DNA of 14,075 bases. It comes from Candidatus Krumholzibacteriia bacterium. GTDB lineage: Bacteria; Krumholzibacteriota; Krumholzibacteriia; LZORAL124-64-63. Each line of letters begins with the position of its first letter. The stretch's first letter is position 1. The notes below the pieces were generated by a model that made no database searches, was not told the origin of the DNA, and saw only the letters and a list, made by a program, of their open reading frames with translations. The translations under genes were made by a program, and so were the position numbers. The DNA lies in NCBI GenBank assembly GCA_046484865.1, contig JAWOID010000070.1:1-14075 (forward strand). The letters run 5' to 3'. This document shows positions 1-6,595 of this stretch, piece by piece.

Positions 1-453
1 GGCGAACTGCAGCAGAAGCTGCGCCGCAAGCCCGAGCCCGAGGAGATCGCGGCCAAGCTGGGCCTGTCGGTCGAGGAAGTGAAGGACACCCTGCCCCTGA
101 TGCAGGACAACTTCTTCCTGGACGACTTCGTCGGCAACGACGAGGACAGCACCTACCTGGACTTCCTCGAGGACACGAAGAGCGAGGGTCCCGACGCGCG
201 CGTGATGGAGGACGACCTCCACAAGAGCATCGGCCGGATGCTCGGCGATCTCAAGGAGCGGGAGGCCCGCGTGCTGCGCATGTACTACGGCCTGGGGACC
301 GATCGGGAGATGACGCTCGAGGAGATCGGCCGCGAGATGGGGCTGACGCGGGAGCGCATCCGCCAGATCAAGGAGGAAGCGTTCGAGAAGATCCGCTCCT
401 CCAAGACCTTCCGGTACATGCAGGACTACTCGGAGTACGAGCGCGCGAGCTGA
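1..453 (+). CDS. RNA polymerase sigma-70 factor, RpoD/RpoS-like, 5'-truncated (regions 3 and 4)
   Basis: Frame 1 is open from base 1. It reads GELQQKLRRKPEPEEIAAKLGLSVEEVKD (region 3), then DEDSTYLDFLED (region 3.2), then LKEREARVLRMYYGL...MTLEEIGREMGLTRERIRQIKEEA (region 4 HTH). Stop TGA at 451-453. The track start at 79 is an internal GTG. Confidence 0.95.
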   Translation, partial: GELQQKLRRKPEPEEIAAKLGLSVEEVKDTLPLMQDNFFLDDFVGNDEDSTYLDFLEDTKSEGPDARVMEDDLHKSIGRMLGDLKEREARVLRMYYGLGTDREMTLEEIGREMGLTRERIRQIKEEAFEKIRSSKTFRYMQDYSEYERAS

Positions 454-486
454 TCGGCGCGACATTGCGGTTCGAGTCGTACGGCG

Positions 487-511
487 AGCCCCGGTCCGGG
501 ACCGGGGCTTT
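487..511 (+). terminator. Probable intrinsic terminator between the convergent sigma factor and yigZ genes
   Basis: Perfect 10-bp stem AGCCCCGGTC (487-496) / GACCGGGGCT (500-509), running into a short T run at 509-511. Confidence 0.65.
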
Positions 512-552
512 GCCGTCGGTGGCGCATACGCCGATCGTCGCAGGAGCAGCGT

Positions 553-1242
553 TCAAGCAGGGGGCGCGTCGTCCCCGGGGAGCGACAGGACCTCGGCCTC
601 ACCGGCGGTGGCGTCGGGCAACTCGACCAGGAAGGCTCGCCAGCGCGATCGCGGCAGCCAGATCCTCCAGGTCACGAGTACGTCGTACACCTCGTGGCGG
701 CTCTCGCCCGCATGCTGCAGCAGCAGGTGCTGAACGGTCTTCTGGCGGGCGTAGGGGAAGCGCAGGACCAGCTCGTGTCCCAGCTTCACGTCCGTACGTT
801 CCCCTGCGCTCAATGCGGCCGCGGCAGCGTCTCCGTACGCCCGAGCCAGTCCGCCGGTGCCCAGCTTGATCCCCCCGAAGTACCTCACGACCGCCACCAC
901 GCAGTCGCTCAGATCCGCCTTGCGGATGGCCGCCAGGATGGGCTCGCCGGCGGTTCCGGCGGGCTCGCCGCCGTCGTTGCGCGCCTCCTCCCGCCGGTCC
1001 TCCGGTCCCAGTCGCCATCCGTGGCACAGGTGTCGAGCGTCGTGATGGCGCCGCCCGATCTCCGCGACCAATGCTCGCGCCGTCGCCGCGTCCGCGACCG
1101 GGGCGGCGAGCGCCACGAACCGGGATCGCTGCACCCGCACCTCGGCCGTGCCGGGAGCGGCCAGAGTGGCATAGCCGTCGACAGCGGACGTCGGCGCCTT
1201 CGGCGATGCGCCGGGGCTGCGCCGTTCGTGGCGGTCGGACAT
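553..1242 (-). CDS. yigZ: YigZ / IMPACT family protein (UPF0029 domain plus C-terminal domain)
   Basis: Motifs VQRSRFVA, HHDARHLCHGWR, NDGGEPAGTAGEPIL and VVRYFGGIKLGTGGLARAY. RBS-like AGAGGAAG upstream of the ATG. Confidence 0.93.
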   Translation of the reverse strand: MSDRHERRSPGASPKAPTSAVDGYATLAAPGTAEVRVQRSRFVALAAPVADAATARALVAEIGRRHHDARHLCHGWRLGPEDRREEARNDGGEPAGTAGEPILAAIRKADLSDCVVAVVRYFGGIKLGTGGLARAYGDAAAAALSAGERTDVKLGHELVLRFPYARQKTVQHLLLQHAGESRHEVYDVLVTWRIWLPRSRWRAFLVELPDATAGEAEVLSLPGDDAPPA

Positions 1243-1296
1243 CGGGCTTCCTCTCTCGCGGCTCGATCAGGGTCCGGGAGCGAGCCGCCGGTGCCG

Positions 1297-1325
1297 ACCA
1301 TAGCGCCGCGGTCGCGCGGGGACAA
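1297..1325 (-). promoter_or_regulatory. Candidate sigma-70 promoter for yigZ
   Basis: The minus strand reads TTGTCC-17 nt-TATGGT, about 55 nt upstream of the yigZ ATG. Confidence 0.5.
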
Positions 1326-1349
1326 GTCGCGCGGGGGCGGGTGGCCGGG

Positions 1350-1365
1350 CGGCACCCGGATTGCA
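1350..1365 (+). promoter_or_regulatory. Sigma-54 (RpoN) -24/-12 promoter candidate
   Basis: CGGCACCCGGATTGCA has exact GG-N10-GC spacing and matches TGGCACG-N4-TTGCW at GGCAC and TTGCA. It is intergenic, about 115 nt upstream of the ATG at 1480. Confidence 0.65.
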
Positions 1366-1479
1366 ACCGGCGGGCGGGCCGGGTCGCGCAGAGCCCCGGC
1401 CGACGCCGGCCCGCAGCCCTTGCTGCCGGTCCGACAACGACTTGGCGGCGGCCCGCCCACCTGGCGGCGAGGAGGCGTG

Positions 1480-2277
1480 ATGAGACCAGCGGCCGGAATC
1501 CGCCGCGCGACGGCAGAGGGCGGCAGGATCCCGGGCATGCCGGTCGCCGGTTCGATCGCCGGCGTGGTCGCCGGTGTGGTTGCCTGGCTGGTCGTGGCGC
1601 TCGGTACGGCGCCGAGCCCCGCCCTGGCCGCGACGACCTCCGGCGATCCGGCCATGCCGGTCCGCGCGCCGGCGCCGGTCGCGACTGCAGCTGCCGACCC
1701 AGCGATGGTCGATCCGGTCGCATCCGACGACCTGCCCGCTTCCCGGGGCTCCGGAACGCTGCGCCACGTCGGTCGGCCTGCCGAGCGCCATCCCGTCCAC
1801 CTGATCGGCGACGTGAGCGTTGGTAGCGGCCTCGCCCACGCCCTGGTCCGGCCGGGGCTGGGCGCCGGATTCCTGTTCCGACCCGCGGCAGCCGACCACT
1901 TCCTGGCCGGCCTTTACCGGCGCAACACGGCACTCCTGCTCCAGGCGGAGTACCGGCGGATGGGATCGGACCGCCGCCTGCTCTCCGCCGATATCATCCT
2001 GCGACCCTACCTGCGGGACGCACGGACGTCGGGCCGGGAGATGGTCCCCTTCGTCGGTCTGGGGCTCGGAGCCGGCGAGGGAACCGTGCGTGCAGCGGGC
2101 GGTGCCACCCGGCGGGCTCGAGGACTCTCCGTGGTGGCCGAGGCCGGACTGGAATGGCGGCGGCGCGACGGTCTGCTCCTCTCGGCGCGCGGGCAGGTGC
2201 GGATCTTCGACCACGAGGGTCTTGACTATTCCGGTTGGTCCTTTCATGGTGCCCTCGGCGTTCCTCTGCCCTGGTGA
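1480..2277 (+). CDS. Exported hypothetical protein with a probable C-terminal outer-membrane beta-barrel
   Basis: 3' part of track ORF 694..2277. GAGGAGG (1469-1475) precedes ATG 1480; alternative start at 1537. A hydrophobic signal segment ends in SPALA and is followed by an Ala/Pro linker. Then come alternating beta-strand-like segments (GLGAGFLF, LLLQAEY, LSADIILRPYL, VPFVGLGLGAG, VVAEAGLEW, LLLSARGQVRIF, WSFHGALGVPL) and a terminal Trp. Confidence 0.7.
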   Translation: MRPAAGIRRATAEGGRIPGMPVAGSIAGVVAGVVAWLVVALGTAPSPALAATTSGDPAMPVRAPAPVATAAADPAMVDPVASDDLPASRGSGTLRHVGRPAERHPVHLIGDVSVGSGLAHALVRPGLGAGFLFRPAAADHFLAGLYRRNTALLLQAEYRRMGSDRRLLSADIILRPYLRDARTSGREMVPFVGLGLGAGEGTVRAAGGATRRARGLSVVAEAGLEWRRRDGLLLSARGQVRIFDHEGLDYSGWSFHGALGVPLPW

Positions 2278-2369
2278 GGCCGAGCGCCGGCTGCGGAACA
2301 CGCGCTGCGCGACGGGGTATCACCACGCCAGCCCACCCCTGCCGAGGTCCTGCAATCCGAGGAGCCGAG

Positions 2370-3233
2370 ATGAGGTCCACCGTCGTTTCCACGTGCGCGG
2401 CCCGACCCCGGTCGGCGCGATCCCTCCTGCACGCGGCGCTGCTGCCGGCCGCCGTCGCCGCCGCCGTCGCCGCAGTCCTGGCCCTGGCTCTGATACCGTG
2501 CCGCGCCGGGGCCCAGGAGGAGGAGTTGACCTACGATCAGTACCGGGGCATCGCCAGGGTTGCGGACCGGCTTCTGCACGTCGTGATGTTCGAGCCGCTC
2601 GAGGGCCAGCCCGGCATGTACGTGGCCATGGGCGACCGCTACAACGGTCTGCACGTCTACTACATGACCGGCACCGAGGGCGAGCGCGTCTGGCGCAGCC
2701 CGACGCTCTCGGGGGTGGTGGACGAACTCCTGGTGACCGACCGCGACGGCGACGGCCTGGACGACGCGCTGATCGCGCGCACCAGCCAGGGCCGCATCTA
2801 CGTCTGGGATCTCGACGGCTACCGGCTGCTGTACGAGTCGCTGCCGGGCGAGTACCAGAACATCACCTGCTTCACCGTCCACGACATGGACCGGGACCCC
2901 GCCATGGAGATCGTCTTCAACGCCGACCGGCGCATCTACTACATCGACGCCGTCACCTTCACCCGCGAGTTCGCCAGCCTTTCGGAGTACCAGGCCACGG
3001 AGATGCGTGCCGGCGACGTGGACGGCGACGGTCGCCCGGACATCGTGCTGAACACCGGCCAGGTCCTCGACGGCTCCACCGGCGAGGTGAAGTGGGAGGG
3101 AGAGGTCTTCGGGACCCGGATCGAGCTGCTCGACTTCGACGGGGACGGGATCCTGGAGGTCCTGACGGAGAGCGACGGGGCGCCGTTGAGGGTGTTCGAG
3201 GTGGACTACCGCCAGGAGCTGCGCTTCCAGTAG
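2370..3233 (+). CDS. Secreted FG-GAP/VCBS-repeat (Ca-binding beta-propeller-like) protein
   Basis: GAGGAG (2359-2364) precedes ATG 2370. Signal peptide ends AGA-QE. Four DxDxDG-type motifs: DRDGDGLDD, DMDRDPAMEI, DVDGDGRPDIV and DFDGDGILEV. Codons are strongly GC3-biased. Confidence 0.85.
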   Translation: MRSTVVSTCAARPRSARSLLHAALLPAAVAAAVAAVLALALIPCRAGAQEEELTYDQYRGIARVADRLLHVVMFEPLEGQPGMYVAMGDRYNGLHVYYMTGTEGERVWRSPTLSGVVDELLVTDRDGDGLDDALIARTSQGRIYVWDLDGYRLLYESLPGEYQNITCFTVHDMDRDPAMEIVFNADRRIYYIDAVTFTREFASLSEYQATEMRAGDVDGDGRPDIVLNTGQVLDGSTGEVKWEGEVFGTRIELLDFDGDGILEVLTESDGAPLRVFEVDYRQELRFQ

Positions 3234-3359
3234 GATTCGTCGGCGCGAAGGGGCCCGGCGAGTGCGAAGGGGTGACGAGGAGCGCGACGGGGCACGACGC
3301 GAGAGAGTGTCAGGCCTCCGGCGGGCGGGAGCCGGGGCGGCCCGCAGGGGTCAGAGGGG

Positions 3360-5414
3360 CTAGCGGATCGACTGCATGTGCGAGAGCATCTGCTCCGCGT
3401 TCACGAACCCCACCACCGTCTTCCCCGCGAGCAACTCTCCGCGGCTGTCGATGAAGACGACCGTCGGCAGGCCGGCCACGCCGTACTCCGCCCAGATCGC
3501 GGCCATCTCCTCGTCGGTCCGGGTCGCATCCACCTTCACGGTGACGAAGCGCAGCGACTCGCCGACCACCGCCGGCCGGGACCACACCTGCTTGTCCAGC
3601 TGCAGGCAGAACTTGCACCATGTCGCCCAGAAATCCACGACCATGGGCCGTCCCGCGCGGACGGCTTCCGCCCGCCTGGAATCGAGGAACCCCCGGACGT
3701 CCTCGCCCGTGCGGACCACCTCCCAGGGGACGTGGTCGGGCAGCGGTTCCTCGTCTGCGGCGACGGTGTCGCCGGGTTCACCGGCCGCGCCCGGGCCGGC
3801 TCCGTCCGAGGGATTCCCCCGGTCGCCGGCTTCCGCCCCGACGCCGGCGGCGAGGGTGGCGCCGGAGCGGGGGTCTGCGGGACCCGGAGCACCGGCGAAG
3901 CTGCCGCTCGGGGTCGCCGCGCCGGCCGATGAGCCCGCGTCGGGAAGCAGCAGTCCGTAGCGGACGAGGGCGCCGCCGAGGACATAGATCCCAACGACGA
4001 GCAACACGAGCCCGAGACCCTTGCGGGTGCGTTGCCACCAGTGGGCGCCCGCGGTCAATCCGTCCAGGGCGCCCATGTAGATGGCGACGACGACCGTCAC
4101 CGCGCCCAGCAGCGGGTAGAACACCTGCTCGGGGAGCACCAGCGGCGGACGTACGAAGTAGAACGCCATGTAGAGCAGGAGCAGGCCCATGGTGCGCTTG
4201 ACGGTCTCCATCCAGCCACCGCTGCGGGGCAGGCTCCCCATGGCCGCCGGGAACGTTCCGACCAGCACGAGCAGCGTGCTGATGCCGAGTCCGAAGACGA
4301 ACAGCGTCCAGAACCCCAGCATGAGGCTGCCGGTCGTGCCCACCCAGATGAGCAACGCGCCGAGGAACGGACCCACGCAGGGCGAGGCGACCAGCCCCGC
4401 GACCATGCCCATCAGGAAGGCGCCGGCGATGCCGGCGCGGTTGCCGCCGGGGCCCTGCAGACGATTGCGCAGGAATGCCGGGGCCTGCAGCTCGTAGGCG
4501 CCGAACATGGCGAGGCTCAGCGCGACCATGAGCAGAGCGATCGGGACCAGCACCAGGGGGCTCTGCAGGTAGGCCGTGATGCCGCTGAACACGGTGGCGC
4601 TCACCGCGCCGATGACCGCATAGGTCAGGGCGAGTCCGAGTCCGTAGGTCAGGGCGATCAGGAAGCCCCGTCCCAGCCCCTTGTCCTGGTTCTGTGCGCC
4701 GATCACCGCCAGCGTGATCGGGATCATCGGGTAGACGCATGGCGTGAAGCTCATCAGCACGCCGAAGCCGAACACCAGCAGCAGGAACAGCGGCAGGCCG
4801 CGCGACTGCACCAGGTGCGTGATCTTCTCGGCGCGCCAACCGGGGCCGTGGTCGAAGGCGACCTCGCCCTGCCAGGAGGCGGTGCGCGCCGGCGCATCCG
4901 GAGGATCCTCCGTCAGCCGGTACGCCACGGTCGCGGTGAGCGGATATCGGCCGGGCACGGTGCGGACGGCCACGGGAGCGGCCCACTCGTACTCGGCGCG
5001 CTGGCCAGCACCCGCGGGCACGACGACATCCCGCAACGGATAGGGGTCATTGAGCAGGGGACCGTCCCCGGCAGCCACCGTCACCGCGACGCTCCCGGGC
5101 TCGATGCCGGATCCCGGTCCGGGTGCCAGGGCGATCGTCAGAACCAGGTAGCCGCCGATCTCGACCGGTTCGTCCTGCGCAGCCACCGCCACGGCCACCG
5201 CACTGCCGTCCTGGGCCCATGCCGCCGGCGGCAGGAGGGCGGCGCCCGGATACGGGACGGCTGCGAGGATCAGCAGCGCCGCCACGAGCGTACCCGCGGT
5301 CGGCCCCGCCGCCCGCGCCCTGGTCGCCCCCGGCGTCGCAGCAGCCGTCCCGACCGGCTGGCGGACGGCTCCGGCACCGGTCGGCCTGAGGATCGTCGTT
5401 GCGCTTGCCCTCAT
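3360..5414 (-). CDS. dsbD: DsbD-like thiol:disulfide interchange protein (N-terminal periplasmic domain, CcdA/DsbD-beta transmembrane domain, thioredoxin domain)
   Basis: The transmembrane domain has SFTPCVYPMIP and VASPCVGP, plus LPRSGGWMETVK. The C-terminal thioredoxin has VVDFWATWCKFC and GVAGLPTVVF. Start placed at ATG 5414 (GAGGACG upstream; signal peptide ending AWA-QD) rather than the track start at 5645. Confidence 0.9.
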   Translation of the reverse strand: MRASATTILRPTGAGAVRQPVGTAAATPGATRARAAGPTAGTLVAALLILAAVPYPGAALLPPAAWAQDGSAVAVAVAAQDEPVEIGGYLVLTIALAPGPGSGIEPGSVAVTVAAGDGPLLNDPYPLRDVVVPAGAGQRAEYEWAAPVAVRTVPGRYPLTATVAYRLTEDPPDAPARTASWQGEVAFDHGPGWRAEKITHLVQSRGLPLFLLLVFGFGVLMSFTPCVYPMIPITLAVIGAQNQDKGLGRGFLIALTYGLGLALTYAVIGAVSATVFSGITAYLQSPLVLVPIALLMVALSLAMFGAYELQAPAFLRNRLQGPGGNRAGIAGAFLMGMVAGLVASPCVGPFLGALLIWVGTTGSLMLGFWTLFVFGLGISTLLVLVGTFPAAMGSLPRSGGWMETVKRTMGLLLLYMAFYFVRPPLVLPEQVFYPLLGAVTVVVAIYMGALDGLTAGAHWWQRTRKGLGLVLLVVGIYVLGGALVRYGLLLPDAGSSAGAATPSGSFAGAPGPADPRSGATLAAGVGAEAGDRGNPSDGAGPGAAGEPGDTVAADEEPLPDHVPWEVVRTGEDVRGFLDSRRAEAVRAGRPMVVDFWATWCKFCLQLDKQVWSRPAVVGESLRFVTVKVDATRTDEEMAAIWAEYGVAGLPTVVFIDSRGELLAGKTVVGFVNAEQMLSHMQSIR

Positions 5415-5512
5415 CGTCCTCGTCCTCTCGCGCAGGGAGCGCTCGGGCTTGGTGTTGCTCGCCGGTCGCGGGCGTGGGCCGACCGCGTCGGCCACCGTCG
5501 GGAACCCCGGGC

Positions 5513-5556
5513 CGGGCGTAATGTTGCAAATATCTGCAGACTTCGCAATATTGACC
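5513..5556. promoter_or_regulatory. AT-rich core of the dsbD/tlpA divergent promoter region with dyad elements
   Basis: AT-rich patch in the intergenic region. Contains the imperfect palindrome TGCAAATATCTGCA (5525-5538) and the perfect palindromes TCTGCAGA (5533-5540) and CAATATTG (5546-5553). Confidence 0.45.
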
Positions 5557-5665
5557 TGCCTCATGGCTGGCCGTCCCGCCCGCCGGTCGCGAATCGCCCT
5601 CGGGGACGAGCCTGGATCAGAAGGCGTGCGGGACGGCGACCACACGAATCGCGAAAGGACGTCAC

Positions 5666-6265
5666 GTGAACCACCGACGGGAACTCTCGACCCGAATCGG
5701 CCTCTCGGCCGGCATTGCCCTCTTGACCCTGAGCGTTGCCGGCGCCGGTCTGCTGCTAACAGGCATCGCCGGCTGCGGTTCCGACGACAAGACCGAGACG
5801 GTGACCGCCGACGAGCGGGGCGCGCGGTCGCCGGGCGATCCGCTGGAAGTCGGCGATCTGGCCCCCGATTTCCGCCTCGAGCGTTTGGACGGCTCGCCGC
5901 TGCAACTGAGCGACCTGCGGGGCAAGGCGGTGCTCATCGACTTCTGGGCGACCTGGTGCCCACCCTGCCGGGTCGCCATGCCCGACCTGATCCAGCTCAG
6001 CCGCGACCATGCCGACAGCCTCGTCGTGGTGGGCATCGCCCTGGATCAGCAAGGGCGGCAGGTGGTCGAGCCGTTCGTGGAGAAGTTCGGCGTCACCTTC
6101 GAGGTGGTCCTCTACGACGACAAGGTCGTGACGGATTACGGGAACATCCGCAGCATTCCGACGACCTTCCTGGTGGATCCCCAGGGGCGGGTGGTCGGCA
6201 AGTGGGTCGGGCTGGCCAGCAAGGAGAACTACGAGGAGGCCATCCGGGTGGCCTTGCGCGGATAG
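5666..6265 (+). CDS. TlpA/ResA-family thiol-disulfide reductase, predicted lipoprotein
   Basis: GTG start with AAAGGA RBS (5654-5659). Lipobox-like IAGC follows a hydrophobic segment. Motifs GDLAPDFRL, LRGKAVLIDFWATWCPPC and SIPTTFLVDPQGRVV. Confidence 0.93.
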   Translation: MNHRRELSTRIGLSAGIALLTLSVAGAGLLLTGIAGCGSDDKTETVTADERGARSPGDPLEVGDLAPDFRLERLDGSPLQLSDLRGKAVLIDFWATWCPPCRVAMPDLIQLSRDHADSLVVVGIALDQQGRQVVEPFVEKFGVTFEVVLYDDKVVTDYGNIRSIPTTFLVDPQGRVVGKWVGLASKENYEEAIRVALRG

Positions 6266-6314
6266 CGCGCGGCGTGGTGGCCGCGGCGCCGGCGAGCCCG
6301 CGGTGCGGACCGCG

Positions 6315-6360
6315 AAAAGAAAGATCCCCGGCCGCGGTGTCCAACCTCCGGCCGGGGATC
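6315..6360 (-). terminator. Intrinsic terminator oriented for a minus-strand transcript
   Basis: Perfect 12-bp stem GATCCCCGGCCG (6323-6334) / CGGCCGGGGATC (6349-6360). On the minus strand it is followed by TTTCTTTT (6322-6315). Confidence 0.85.
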
Positions 6361-6375
6361 ACGCGGTCTGCACGA

Positions 6376-6444
6376 TCATCGTCTCAACCACCAGAAGAGA
6401 TCGATGATCGCGAGACCCGTGAGGATCAGGGTCTCGGGATTCAC
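6376..6444 (-). CDS. Putative 22-aa hydrophobic small protein MNPETLILTGLAIIDLFWWLRR (not in the ORF track)
   Basis: Hand translation from GTG 6444 to TGA 6378-6376. A strong SD, AAAGGGGGGAG, lies just upstream. The terminator stem begins 15 nt after the stop. An in-frame ATG at 6462 would add MKGGRN. Confidence 0.6.
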   Translation of the reverse strand: MNPETLILTGLAIIDLFWWLRR

Positions 6445-6564
6445 GTTTCTCCCCCCTTTCATTGGTCAGGGTGAGTGTTCGCGGCTGCCCTCGTGATCGG
6501 CCGTGGATGGTCCCGCTTGAGCCGCAGGGCGACCGGGCGCCTCCGCCATGGCCGCCCGGCAAGG

Positions 6565-6580
6565 TGCAAGAAGGGGGCCC
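6565..6580 (-). promoter_or_regulatory. Sigma-54 -24/-12 promoter candidate upstream of the small ORF
   Basis: The minus strand reads GGGCCCCCTTCTTGCA: GG-N10-GC with a perfect TTGCA but an imperfect -24 box. It lies 15 nt past the phosphatase stop codon. Confidence 0.4.
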
Positions 6581-6595
6581 GGCGAAGGTCCGGAT

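Noticed and set aside
694..1479. 5' extension of the 527-aa ORF
   Set aside because: It overlaps yigZ in antisense and spans the promoter region. The RBS and signal peptide point to a start at 1480 (or 1537).
5415..5645. 77-aa N-terminal extension of DsbD, which contains a Cys
   Set aside because: It runs through the divergent promoter region to within about 20 nt of the tlpA start and would precede the signal peptide, so it cannot supply a periplasmic Cys.
4032..5669. 545-aa plus-strand ORF and other overlapping ORFs across dsbD
   Set aside because: These are antisense or out-of-frame shadows with Arg/Pro/Gly-rich, motif-free translations.
6376..6444. Small ORF as a trp attenuator leader (tandem Trp codons followed by a terminator)
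   Set aside because: No co-oriented gene follows the terminator. The next gene is tlpA on the opposite strand, and there are no trp genes in the window.
6481..6530. Interleaved complementary blocks GCGGCT/AGCCGC and GCCCT/AGGGC in the small-ORF leader (pseudoknot or switch)
   Set aside because: The helices are only 5-6 bp in very GC-rich DNA and have zero-length connecting loops. This is expected by chance without covariation data.
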